From Selaginella moellendorffii (Eukaryota > Plantae > Lycopodiophyta): 64,000 nucleotides of DNA. This document shows, piece after piece, positions 35,330 to 48,671 of the stretch. Every line of letters starts with the position of its first letter. Positions within the stretch are counted from its first letter, which is position 1. The translations under genes were made by a program, and so were the position numbers. Location: contig NW_003314273.1 of NCBI RefSeq assembly GCF_000143415.4, positions 1,188,074 through 1,252,073 on the forward strand, written 5' to 3'. The notes beneath the pieces were generated by a model. That model did not search any database and was not told the origin of the DNA. It saw only the letters and a list, made by a program, of their open reading frames with translations.

Positions 35330-36582
35330 TTTTATTTTGCAGGAAACCTGATCCCTCATTGTTCTACAAACATTATAATTTATTTCTTTGATGTTCCCCT
35401 TGAGAGCACAATATAAGTTGACCATGGCTGAAAACTAGTCTTGGCAGGAATATCCCTAATTTTGCAATATTTGTCCCTAGGATTTGCAAATTGTAATAGA
35501 AAATGCAAGCCTTATAGGGAACTTAGAATGAATGGCATATCTCCATTTGTAGGTTTCAAAGAGATCTTTGGTAGAAGGATTCTTTGTACTTGCATATCAC
35601 TATCTAAAATTTCAGCTTCAATGATGTTTGTTAAAGCCTTGGTTATTAGTAGTTTAGTGCCATTACATACATGTTTATGTGCAAAGAGAACATAAGGAGT
35701 TTAGACCATATTGGTGAGGATTTGATGCTGTTTTGAACAATTTGTGTGCAGCAGGCTCTTCTAAGAACAGGTAAGGTTTGCCTAAAGTCCCCCCTTGTCA
35801 CCAATATAATACCACCAAAATCTGTGTTACATTCTTCATATCATACAAGACTCTTTCAACTGCTTTGAAAGCATGAATGTATGCCATGCTTATCTCATCC
35901 CATACGAGTAATTCAGCTCTTCTAATATGTTCAGCAGATGTAGAATTTTCTCTTAGGTTTGATGTGCATGTTTTTGTGATTGGTATTGGGAGTTTAAATG
36001 TTGAGTGTGCTGTTCGTCCTCCTATAAGTAGTGCACTTGCTATTCCTCCCACTCCATCAATAAAGAACAATCTTCTTCTTTCAATTTTGTTTTTTATTGA
36101 TTGTTGAATATGTGAAGTTGGTCTATATTTAGTTTGTTTTAATCAGATAAAATTTTCCCATGTTATTAGAGTAATTTAGTGATTTCTTAGAGCCCATATT
36201 GTATGGCTATCTTGTAGTTATGAATTTGTATTAAGTCTTTACACATGCCTTCTTGGAATTTGTCTCAGAGTTTTTTGGGGTCCATGAGCTTGCAAAATAA
36301 AAATATGATGTTGCCTTTATTGAAATAAATCCTTTGGTGGTTTTCAAGGTGAATGTCCAATCTCTCAATAGAATGTGACCTGCCATATAAGTCATATCCA
36401 TAGATCCTTCATATCCCTTTTGATGTAGAGATGTAGCAGCAATTCCTAAATGCCTCTATTTCATCCCAGTCTAGTATTTGTTCAGGTAGTGAGCCTTCTT
36501 CCCTTCTTAGGCGTACCTCTGATACAATCGTGTCCCTTGTAAATGTATTTAAATATGTATTTGAAACTCTCTACTGTGGAGG
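35330..36582 (-). mobile_element. Helitron Rep/PIF1-helicase remnant
   Basis: KYIFKYIYKGHD near 36515-36560; FFIDGVGG...GGRTAHSTFKLPI...LLVWDEISM (35798-36070). Confidence 0.85.
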
Positions 36583-36682
36583 NNNNNNNNNNNNNNNNNN
36601 NNNNNNNNNNNNNNNNNNNNNNNNNNNNNNNNNNNNNNNNNNNNNNNNNNNNNNNNNNNNNNNNNNNNNNNNNNNNNNNNNN

Positions 36683-39285
36683 ACACCTTCTGTATTCTAG
36701 AAACTGGCCTCCAATATTCTGTTAATAAGCACATGATACACAGCCCTTGTGGGCCTGAATTTCCAAACAGCCCATGCACAAAGGATGGTGAATGTAAGTC
36801 ATGCTACCCAAGAGATTACTGTGAAGAAACACAGAATGTTGGTAGTCGGTTTCCAAAGTATAGAAGTAGTCAAAAAGGATATACCATTTTAATAAAGAAC
36901 AAATCCATCAACAATAGGTTTGTCGTGCCATATAACAAATACCTCTTATGTAAATACAAAATACACATAAATGTTGAGGTGTGTTCCATTGTAAAATGTG
37001 TCAAGTATATATTCATATACATATATATAGGACATGATTGTGCAGAGGTACGCTTTTGAAGTGATGAGAATGCAACTCCTGAACAAGTACTAGACTAGGA
37101 TGAAATAAAGTCTTTCTGAAACTGCCGCTATGTCTCCACATCAGAAGGAATATAAAGGATTTATGGATATGACTTGCATGGGAGATCACATTCTATTAAG
37201 AGACTGGACATCCATCTGGAAAACCTTCAAAGTATTTATTTCAATGAGGGTGAGGAAGAGATTGCATTACAAATTGGCTATAAAACCAAACTGATGGAAT
37301 GGTTTGAACTAAACAAGACCAATGAATTTGCAAGGATACTCTTGTACCATGAGATTCCTGAGTGGTATACATGGAATTCAAGAAACAGAATGTGGACACC
37401 ATGCCAACATGCATTCAAGGTGGTCGATAGAATGTACTATATCATCGTGTGATTTTGAATGTTTCACTCTTGCTCTACAAAAAAGGTGCTATGAGTTTTA
37501 GTGATTTAAAGGTATTAAATGGTGTTACATATGAAACATACCGTTCTACCACACAAGAAATGGGACTTCTATAGGATGATTGTGAGTGGGAGAAATCCTT
37601 AGAAGAGTCATTGACATTTAAGATGCCTGCAAAAGTAAGGTATTTATTCAGTGTCATTGTGTTTGTTTTGGAGCTCATTGATCCCCAAAAACTATGAGAT
37701 AAATTCATGAAGACTTGGTACGAATTCACAACAACTATGAAGTAGCAGTGCAACATGGATTGCCTGAAATATCAATATTACTCCAGAAACATGGCAAGAA
37801 ACTTTTTGACTACAAGTTACCAGATCTAGATTTTATAGTAGATAACAGAACAACTGAAACAAGCTGTGTGCCATGCACGCCAAAACCAAACTGAACATGG
37901 AATAGCTTCACATATTTAACATCTTGAATGCAATACAAAACAAAAAAGAAACAAACAGATTATTCTTTGTTGATGGTTTCGGAGGCACAAGGAAATGATA
38001 CCTTTTTAACATGCTGATAAAATATGCCACTTCTTATGACATGAAAGTCTTAGTGGTCACTTGGACAGGAATAGCAAGGACTCTTCTTATAGCAGGCCAA
38101 ATGGCTCACTCCACATTTAAGCTATCACAGAAACATGCACCTTGGACCTGCAAGAGAAGCCAAGATCATAAGGAGAGATGAACTGCTTATATGGGATGAG
38201 ATAAGAATGGTACCCATTCATGCTTTTAAAGCTGTCAAGAGGGTCTTGCATGACATAAAAAACTGTGATACAGATTTTGGTGGCATCACATTAATAATAG
38301 GAGGAGATTTCAGACTGACATTACCTGTTCTAAAAAGAGCCTGTTGCGCACAAATTGTCCAAAACAGCATAAAATCCTCACCAATATGGTGGAAACTTTG
38401 TAAAGTTCTCATTACACACAAACATGAGGGTGAACTCTAAAGAAACAGAATGGTCCAGATGGCTTGTGAGTAACCTACCTAGTCTCCAAGGATTCAACCT
38501 GGAAGTTATAAAATTACCTCTAACATTCACCACCAGAGAACAAATGATAGATAATATGTTTGTAAAGCACATACAAACAAATGACCAAAGCTATTGCAAA
38601 AAGTTATTCTCAAGACTTTAAATGATCTCTCTCTACAAGTGAATGACCAAGTCCTTTCAAGAATGACTGGCAGAACAATAACATACAAAAGCATTGACAT
38701 TATAGAAATAGATTCAGACAAAGAGGTGTTGGACTATCCCGTTTCTTAAACTCAATAACACCATCTAGAATGCCTCTGCACAAGCTACACATAAAAATTG
38801 GATGCATTGTAATGTTGTTATGCAACATCGACACTAAAAAAGGCCTCTATAATAGCACTAAACTAGGCACTACTAAATAATATAGAAGCTGAAATTCTAC
38901 ATAATGGTATGCAAGGAAAAACAAGTCCTACCAAGAATCTCTTTAAAATTGACTGACGGAGACATGCCATTTACCCTCGAATGATGACAATTCCCAATAA
39001 GGCTTATGTTCTTCATAACAATTTGCAAATCTTAAGAACAAACATTACAAAATGTGGGTATCTACTTGCCAAGACCAGTTTTTGGCCATGGTCAACTTTA
39101 TGTTGTGTTTTCAAGAGGAATATCAAAGAAACAATTCCATTGAACAATGTGAGGGATAAGGTGTGCTTCAGAACCATAATGTCTATGTGCACAAAGAAAT
39201 TCTCTAGGATTCACCAATATAACAATATATAACCAATATAACAGATTTCCTATCTATTTCAGTGGAGCTGGATTCCTTGCTAGTG
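36683..39285 (+). mobile_element. Helitron Rep/PIF1-helicase remnant
   Basis: MIHSPCG..NSPC; NRFVVPYNKYLL..HINVEVC; RLDIHLEN; LLYHEIPEWYTW; LLIWDEI; FGGITLIIGGDFRLTLPV; HGQLYV. Candidate CTAG 3' end near 39280-39283. Confidence 0.88.
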
Positions 39286-40592
39286 AAGTTATAAGATAAG
39301 TCTTATATAGAAATGTGCCACCCATACCACCTAGCCAATTCTAATTTAAAAGCATGGAAAGAAGAGCAGTGAAGCTCATATATACAACCTTGTTTCTGGA
39401 AGTGTTCTGGAAAAGTGCTTGCCTAAAAAAAACACTTTCAACTTCAACACAGTCACTAGCTCTGGTCCAAATGCTGCTCCAAAACTAAAGTTTTTAATGA
39501 AAGAAAACGTCTCCTTTGATGAAACATAAATGTATTCCCCATGTCCACAAAGGGACTCAAAGACTACAAAGCGAGACTCAAGGGAAACTTTCTCAAGCAC
39601 AGAAGGCCTGGCACTACTCACGATCCCTCTGCCTCCCAAGTGACTCCTTTGAGCTCCTTTTCTTTGGTCATCTGCACAAACCTAGGAGAAATTTACAAGT
39701 AACCTTCTTGGCCAGAATAAATTGTTTGGAAAGACTAGTTAAAGCTAGCAAGCTTGCAAAAAAAATAAATAAAAAATTGCTCCTCCCAAAGAAATTAAGC
39801 TGCAATTCTAAAACCACATGAATTCTGGTCACGTTTCCCTACAAGTGCTTGGCAGATTTATGCTCTCGGTGCCATGGAAATCTTGACGAGATCAGAAACA
39901 TTGTGCTAAAAATTTGTGAATCTTGGACATAAAGTGACGGTAGCCTACAGATCTACATTGCTTAATCTGGACCGCCTCCTTTCTTTGTTTGCAGCTTAAG
40001 AAACATGATCTTAGTTGCATAAAGCTCGTGGATCAAACTGGAAGTATGTATTCGATTTCAAAAAGAATTCACCCATAAGGTTTCCATCGCAATCATCAGC
40101 ACAGCAAGCAAAAGGGATTTTTGTTTTCTTCCTCCTCCATGGACAAGTTAGGTGCTGTTCGGAAAAGTGTAGAACAGGGACATATAGAAGTTTAGCAATT
40201 GGCAAGCCAAAGTACATGAAAAGAAAAACAGGCAGCTAGTCTCTTCTTCCCACACTCTTTTCAACAGATTTTGGCTGCAAATTGTCAACGTATCGTGCCA
40301 CGTCAGTGGAGGGGCCGGTTTTGTAGGAGGTATACCCAGTGGGCGAAGCGCTCTGTCCAGGATTTTCTTCCTTCGTTCCTTCGATCGAGGGTTTAACACG
40401 AGGGATGATCCTCGCATGCGCTCATCATAAATGCAGCGGAGCCACAATCTCCTGCCGCCATCACAGAAATATAATCTTTTTCTGTAGGTCTCCCGGATCT
40501 GGACGAAGATGAGCTCGAGCTCGATTCGTCCTGCGGGCACAGCTTCTTCCAGCTGGAATTCTCACAGAAGGATTTGGCGTTGAGTGGTCCAG

Positions 40593-43500
40593 ATGGCGGA
40601 TTTTCCAAGGCTCGGAGAGTTTCCAGCCATCGGGGACATGGTCGGCCATACGAGGGATATGCTCTCGATCGAGCATGTCACCGTGGTCGGGAACTTGCAC
40701 TGGGAGAAGATGCAATCGCTTCTACAGGTCCTCTGCACTCAAATACAAGCTCAAACACAGGAGCTTAACAAACAGGTACTTTCTCTCCTTTTCCTCGTGC
40801 TCGCAAATAACTTTTTGGAAAGAAGTTTTATGTATGCTACAGGCACTGCAATTGAGTAAAGTTGAGCATCACGAAAAGCATCTAGCTGATCTCCAGGCTG
40901 AGCTTGATGACTGGTAGTTCATTTTGTTATTTTATTGCTGGTTGTTTACCTTATTTCTTTCTTTCACAGCAAAAGGGTCATGAAAGGCTATGAGGAAGAC
41001 AGAGCGAATGATGCGGAGAAGCAAAATTTTATGATGGATGCGTTGAAGCTTTTTGACGACCAAGAAAACCGGACGAAAAATCTCGAAACTCAGTTAGCGA
41101 CTTTACAAGACGAGTAAAAGTTTTGTGTTTATCGTTTTGATCTTTCAACTTTGAATGTAGGCTGGCTGCCAGCATTCTTGCTATGAGAGACTTGACTACA
41201 CGGGTCTCAGTGATTGAGCAGGAGCTGGTACCGCTGAAGCCGCTACCACAACGGATGGATGCTTTGGAAGGAAACATGAAAAAGCTGAATGCGGCAACAG
41301 CCAATTTACAACAGTCCTTTCGTGCAGTGGATTTTGGTCGGATTGCAAAGCTCTCTTCCATGATGGGTAAGCAAGGATCTCCTGTGCAAGATGTCTCACC
41401 AGAACCAAAAGTCGAACTTATTCAACCTGACTTTGAGAGTGCACAACTGGATGAACTGGGAAACGATCTCGATTCCCTAAATTCCATGTTTTCGAAGCAG
41501 AACGAGCACCTCAATAATCTCGAAACACAAGTACTTCGATCTACCTAGACGAAATTCCGTACTTAATCTCGTCATGTTTTTCCAGATTGAGCAACTGATG
41601 CTTTTGATTCAGCAACTAACCAAGGTGCATACTGCGGATTTTGAGACCCTTCGGAAGTCATACGCGGTAAATACATCTGGAATGTATATTACTATAAACT
41701 GAATGTTGTGTTTCAGGGTTTGCGTCAAGAGATAGACTCAAAGCCCTTGCTGGCTCCTCATGTTCCAGTGGTTGCACCTGCTGACATTGACGCTTCTTCG
41801 AGGCTAGAAGCCACTTTGGCAGAATTCCAAAACCGTTTGTCTCGAAAAGCTGAGGAAGACGCTGTCAGTCATGTTGCAAACGACGTGCAACGGATGAAAG
41901 ACGTGAGTATTTTGTCATCTGGTTCAAGGTGTTGACCTTGTTTAGCCTTTCAGTTACTGGAACAAATGGGAATCACTATGAATGCTTTCAGAAGGAGAGC
42001 CTCGTCGCTGGCAATTGGAGTATGTACATCAGAAAAATGAGCTCGGTCTTTTATGATTGAATATATGCAGGGTCCAATGCTGGACAGCATGGAAATTCGG
42101 TTAAAAAAGGCGGAGGAAAACTTGGTGACGATGGTATGGCGCTTTTGGAAGCTTTTATCTACCCCTTTTTTTTGTTTTCCAGGATAATAACAAAGCTGAC
42201 CGTTCACGGTTGGACGCAATTGAGCTAAAGTTTAGCCTGTTAGGCTCTGGAGATCCAAAGGCAGTAGCTGATGCTGCTGGCATACAGAGTCTTACGGTAA
42301 TGAGTTTCGTGTATCAATCCACTCAAACGTTGCTACAATCAGGACATGCTGATGAAAAAGGCCGACCGAAGTGACCTAGTTGATGTGCGGAAGATGCTCC
42401 AAGCTCAGGTACTCCTTATGCGTTCACCCCTTATGAAACTCTAATGCATTTCGACTCCAGGCTTCTCGGACTCCAGACGATGACATCAGACGATTATTTG
42501 AAGCTATCGACGAGATCAAGGGTCTAATGGTAGTCCTTGCAGCGCTTTGATTGTTCTAAATGTTGTGGTTAACAGGTGGATCGTACGGCATTGTTATTGC
42601 CAAGTACACCCTTTGTGCCCGACACGAGCAGTGTACTCAATGATCATGCAGCGATGCTTTCAAAGCATAATGATCTACTTTCACATTTTGGGGTGAAAAT
42701 CTAGTAGTGCTATGAAATAGGACCAACATTGAGTGCTTTTACAGGAACGACTAGAAAAGAAAGCTGACCAAGCTTCTTTCTTGTTTCTAAAAGACTTAAT
42801 GGACAGTTTGAAGCAACATAGGAAGACTAGAGCGGCCTCTTTTTCTTCCAATCAGTCTCTTAAACAGGTTTGTGAGCTCCATTTTGTTTTGATGCACTTC
42901 ATCTTGTTAGTTTCAGTTTGCTGATGAAACGTCAATACTTCATCAAATGCTTACCGAAGTTACTACCACGTTGAACGATCACGAGCGAGTTTTGCAACAG
43001 GTACTATATTTCTGATGTATATGTTGTTGGCATATTTTTATACAGCTTACGCAAGGAGTGCTTATCATGTCTGGGCATGATGACGATGAAGAAATTCACA
43101 TGGGGATAGTGAGTACTTTCCAGCCTCAACTAGAAGAGGATGAGGCATCGGAATTAAGTAGGCCTTCGACAAGGTCTGAATCAGCTGTGACCAGAGTTGA
43201 GCCCGTACATGACCCTACCGCAACCAGTACCTTTACTCACGAGCCACAGCAGACTATGGCTACGAACTTGGCTGTTCAGTCCGCAACGCAGGTTGCTGAA
43301 ATGCGATATAGAGTTCCAGTAGAGATTGTGGAAACAAAACCTGCTAGGGCACCAGATCGAAGAGATTTGCAACGTGAAAAAAGTCCGAGACTAGCAGTAA
43401 ACCATGCACCGACAGCTCGAGGCTTTAGCCAGCCACAAGCTCTGGAATCTGTTAGCAGTGAGCCTGAGCCAGGAGCAACAGGATCACGAGATTTAGAGAG

Positions 43501-45338
43501 CAGGGAAAATCATCCGGTTTCACGAGGAGAAAACCTTGAAAACCACCAGCGTATTCAAGGGACGGCTGAAGTTGCTCTGCAGCCTACACAAGCAATGTGG
43601 ACAGAACTGATCATTGTCCAGCGGAGCGAACCAACAGAAGACACTGAAGAAACTGTCAATCAATCTCTTCAGACTCATACAAGAGAAGTTGCTGGAGTAT
43701 TAGAGGGTGGACCTACGGTGGAAAGCAGGCAAGACGTTTCTTCCAGTCGGGTTGCAGAAAACAGAGTAGCAAAAGAAAGTAGGTCGGATGGCATTTATGC
43801 TCGAGTTGCAGAGAGCAAAGCAGCGGTTCATCATGCCACATCAGTCAGAGATGCCGTAGAAAGCGGTTCCCCTGCAGTGGTAGAAAGCAGGTCGGATCCT
43901 CCATCAGTTCCAGCACCAAACACCCCTGTGACTAGTTCACCAATGAGAGCTACACCAGACGTCCTCCTTCAGTCCCAAGAGCCGGATGTAGCTACATCTG
44001 GCCGGGCTCAGGAATTTGCTAACAGCAGAGCTCGAGATGTTGCTCCTGTTTATGCTACAAGTCCCGACGCCGCGCAGCATAGAGCTCCACATATCATGCA
44101 ATATAGCGCTCCAGATATCTCGCAGATTGTCTATCCTGCACGGGCTCCAGACATCTCTCAAACTCGTGGTCAAGCTCCGGATATCGTGCAAATCGTCTCA
44201 GCTCCTGTTCAAGTAGCATGTCATTTGGATGAAAGAGAGTATACCCAAAGCCGTGACAACTTTGTTCGGAACGTAAATCCACCTGATAGTGGGGAAATCA
44301 GCGCGGGTGCTCCATGGCAAAGCAGCATGAAGAGTCCAACCGAAATGACGAGCACTTCCTCAGAACTTCGTCGTTCGCTTACTCCACTGGAAAGCCAATT
44401 CGCCGCTCTTGAGGCAAGTTACAGATTTTACCATTCTGTTTATGGCTTTCTAGCTGAGATGTCTATTGTTCAGGCCGCTCTGAAGGAAAAGAAAATTCGA
44501 GCGAAGGAAAATGTAAGAACAAAAGACCTGGATGTTTTGCGTACGGGATTAGAGGAGCTCAGGAATTTGCTATCGTCCATGGAGTTATTAAAAGCTGATA
44601 AGCAAGCTATGGAGGTATTTTCCGTTTCGTGTGGTTATATGTAGTATTTCTTCTTTTGAGCATGCAGGAGCTTTGGCAATTCGTGAGAGCAAACCTGACA
44701 GAGAATGCTATGTTCACTGGCAAACCATTGCTTGGTTTCAAGTGCATGTAAGTGGAAAAACTTTGCATTTATTCGTTCCGTTTTGATAACAAACTCACTA
44801 GGATTTTTTCAGGTCTTGCGAGCATTCAATTGAGAAGCTGCACCCCTTCCGGTCTGACTACCTGCCTACAAACATGATGCCAAAGCAATGGCTTTCAATG
44901 TTCACGGCCGACCGTCTGTTCAACAATGTGAGGAATACGATTATCTTTAGTTAGCATAACGAATTTTTCCACAGGAGAAACGAGATGAGAAGCTTTCTTT
45001 ATACCCCAATCGGTCACCAAGTCCCCCGAGAACAAACGCTTCCTCTCCATTTCCAAAGGCCAACACTCCAGAGCAGCCAGCGGGTGGAACTACACCACCT
45101 GGAAACCGTGCAGAAGCACCGACAAATCAAACCCTGAAAGCGGCCACCAGCGTCCACCTGGGGCCCAAAGTTGCAAGCATTGCCATCAGGAAATAGACTA
45201 ACAAAAGGAAAAGTCTTAATCATCTTTTTACTTTTTATAATTTTTATAGAAGTGCTCCCACCTGTAAATGTATGTATTTATTAACTGCCTTAAGTGAACT
45301 TTCTGTCTATTTTCACAGCTGCAGTCCCTTTGGATTGA
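40593..45338 (+). CDS. Multi-exon coiled-coil protein, QRICH2/C16orf96 (DUF4795)-like, probably flagellum-associated
   Basis: Many ~50-bp GT-AG introns and a large exon at ~43046-44614. N-terminal GNLHWEKMQSLLQVL, repeated xKAD motifs, and a spliced C-terminal NAMFTGKPLLGFKCMSCEH. The 3' end is approximate. Confidence 0.65.
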
Positions 45339-45649
45339 TGGACGGAGAAAAATTTATCATAGAATGATTCCATTTTGCATGCATGGAGCTTTGGGTCATT
45401 CATCAAACGATTTTTTTCTACTATAGTGGAGCTGGGATCCTGGAGTCCTACTCAAGTGTAAGGCTGGACAAGTGCATAGGATTTATCACCCAGATTAAAA
45501 TTCTTTCAAAACATGCAAGTGTAACAGATTATTAAAAACTCGATGGGATTACAACTCGATCATAGTGTAGAACCGGTGGTGCCGCCTTTACATTATTTGC
45601 TTACTCAAATATCGGGCTATATTTGCTCTTTTCAAGTCTTTCTAGGGTT

Positions 45650-48600
45650 ATGGAAGAATGGCGATGGAAATCAGGTGCCGCATTCCTGATGCCCATGAAC
45701 TATCAGTCCTCTGCGTCGCCTTCAATAATTACCGGAATGAGGTCTACAGTGGGTCACAGGATTGCCTTATCAAAGTATGTAGTAAAGAATTTACAATTTT
45801 CTGACCATGACCTTTCTGCGACTAGATTTGGGATGTCGAGTCTGGGAGCCAGATTAGAATTCAAGAAGGTCATCAAGCATGGGTTACAGATCTTTTATAT
45901 TCCGAACTTGTGAAAATTCTTTTCTCGTGCTCGTTGGACGGTAAAGTTCTTGCATGGTCGGATAAAGGAAAGTTGCTTCAGGTACATTCATGTTATTCTT
46001 TTCTCTCATAATACTAGACTTCGTTTATGGTTTCGTAGGTTGTTGAGTTCGGAGGACCTGTCTATTCCTTGGCTTGGGATGGAAAAGGAAAGCATGTAAT
46101 AGCCGGAGGAAAAGGAGTCGTGCAGCTTTACCGTGTGATTCGTTCTTCTGCCAGTGTGTATATTAAGTCGGGCTCTGCGAGCCAGAAGATGGGAACCGTA
46201 ATTACAACAACTTTGGTGTTCATGGTGTCCTGCTTTTGTGTTGATTGCAGGTAAAGTTTATGCAACCGAGCATATTCAGCTTTGTCCACAAAAACATAGT
46301 CCAAGGTGTCTGCTGTTCTCATGTGGGAAACGTATTTACTGCTGGGTAAGCTACTTCTTCAATACCTTTTCTCTTTATAGCTCTTTTTTAGACACGATCG
46401 ATGCATTTGTCTATTCGAGAGCCTGAAGCCAGGAACAACAATGATGCGCTTGACGGACTGCCATGAAGTACCACACCTTCTTTATGTTTCTATATAACTT
46501 TGAGGTTTTACCTAACATCGGTTGATTGCTGTAACTGGCATCTCTCGTATAGGGAGCAATAACTGCAGTAGCTTATGATAAAGATGCAAAAACTTTGATT
46601 ACGGGGTCGTATGATGGATCTATCAAAATTTGGAGCCACGAGGGACATTGCATGGACGAGTTTATTGGCGTAACGGACTCTGTTTCTTCTATTGCATACA
46701 TCCCCGAAACCAAGTGCTTATGGGTTACAGGTCGAAAAAAGTAAGTTGTGCTTTCCAACATGCCGCGACGCTGGAAAATGTTTATGTGCAGCACAGCACT
46801 CCTTCAATTATTGACACTTTGGCTCCATCGGACGTGACCGAGTGGGTAGCTGACACATGTGGAATTCGTAATCTACCTTTGACCAAGGTCTGCTGTTTAT
46901 TTTGATTCACAAATACATTCCCAATTTGTTTTAGGTATATCATGCTGCTGATAAAGAGCTCGCGATTGGAGTTTGCGGAGGGTTGGAACTAATTATTTGG
47001 AGATTTAACCGCTTTGGACCACATCGTGTTCTTCAGGGACATGCAGACTGGGTGGAATGCGTAGTTCTATGTTATCGAAAGCCTCCAAAGATAAGTGAAG
47101 AGGAAAATCAGAAGCCAAAGAAAAAAGACGCAGCAAATAACGGTGGTCCTAAAAGAGTTACTTTTACAGCCGTGGGCGATGGACCTATATCACCCTCGTC
47201 ATCACCAGAACCTGAAGCTCCTGTTCAACACCAAACCTTTATATCTCCGACTGCTCCACAAATTGGATCGTTACTAGATACCGAAATTTACAGTGCGGGT
47301 GCAGATGGTTCTATTCTTAAGTGGAAACCAAGTCCTGGCAATAATTGTGATTCATGGACTATGCATGAGTATGCCCCTCCATGTGGTTCTGCTGTCTTAT
47401 GCATGATCCATGATCCGACTTCGGATGTGCTGGTGACAGGTACTGAGTTATAGCAATTACTTTGTTACAGGATTTTTACAGGGTCCGAAGACTGTAAAAT
47501 ACGAATATGGAACCTTGATACACAGCCCACTGTATCACGGTGCCAGGTAGCTGGGGGCGAGGTAACAGGTCCGGACGTGCTTCGTGGTCATGAAGCAAAA
47601 ATCGTTGGACTTTGCGTTCACAATGAAGAGGTCAGACTTTGATGGACGTTATGTAAGCCAATAAGTGAATTTTCTATCTGCAGTTTTTGATTTCTGCATC
47701 TTATGACAAAACGCTCAGATGGTGGAATTTACCTTTTCGATTGCCATTAGAGGGTATAGAAAGTGCTCATGAACTGCCCATTGAGGTTTGAAATTATTTT
47801 TCTGCATCAAACATTCATAAACGTTTTTAAATTCCGCAGGGCATGCAGTATAGTCCTCCCAGAGGTGAGATAGCCACATGCGGAGGTGGAAACTTCTTGA
47901 AAATCTGGAATGCCACAAAAAAGAAATTAATAACCACCTTGATTGGTGGTACAGGAAATATAATTATGGTGAGCTGTTGCACTTTCTATTTCACATTATC
48001 TCACTTCTAACAATTTGAAGATTAAGTGGTGCAACCTTGACAACGGATTTTGGATTACCGCGTCAGATGAAGGAGAAATTGCAATGTGGGATCCAGATGC
48101 CGGTTGTGTCACCAAGACAATGTGTCATAAGAAAGAGCCGGTAACCTGCTTATTTGTGGATGAAATTAACAAGCTGGTGCTGATGAGCATGCTGTCTGAT
48201 CACTTTATTCGGGGTTTTGACTTGAATATGGAGAAGGAGTTGTGCACCTACGTTGGCCATAAGGATCAAATCCATTCGCTCGTTCACTTTCCGCACAGAA
48301 AGCAGTATCTCTCAGGCTCATGGGACAGCACAATTCGCGCATGGCTTACTCCTGATTCAATAGTAGAGCCTAAGCCGGTTGTCATTAGAACAGCTGTCGA
48401 AGAGAAAGACGTGGATCCTTTACAAGAGGAGCCACTTATAAGCAGCTATGAAAAAGAATATCCTTTGGTACCTCCAAAAACTTTACAAAATGCAGGTCCT
48501 GCAATGTTTCCGACCAAACGTCCAGATTCTCGAGAAACAATCCCTGCAACAGGTTCGTCCTTACCGTCAAGAACCTCTTCCTCGAGCCAAAGTAGCAGCC

Positions 48601-48671
48601 AAGCTGGCTCTAATCTAAGGCTGTCGAAGAGGCTCCAGGACCTGGACATGATCCTGAAACCGCATGCTTGA
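45650..48671 (+). CDS. Multi-exon WD40-repeat protein
   Basis: Repeats such as LITGSYDGSIKIW, LQGHADWV, YSAGADGSILKW, ITASDEGEIAMWD and VGHKDQI...LSGSWDSTIRAW, with short GT-AG introns. Confidence 0.88.

Noticed and set aside
39376-40540. Minus-strand ORFs upstream of the QRICH2-like gene
   Set aside because: I could not establish a recognisable domain or a consistent exon chain.
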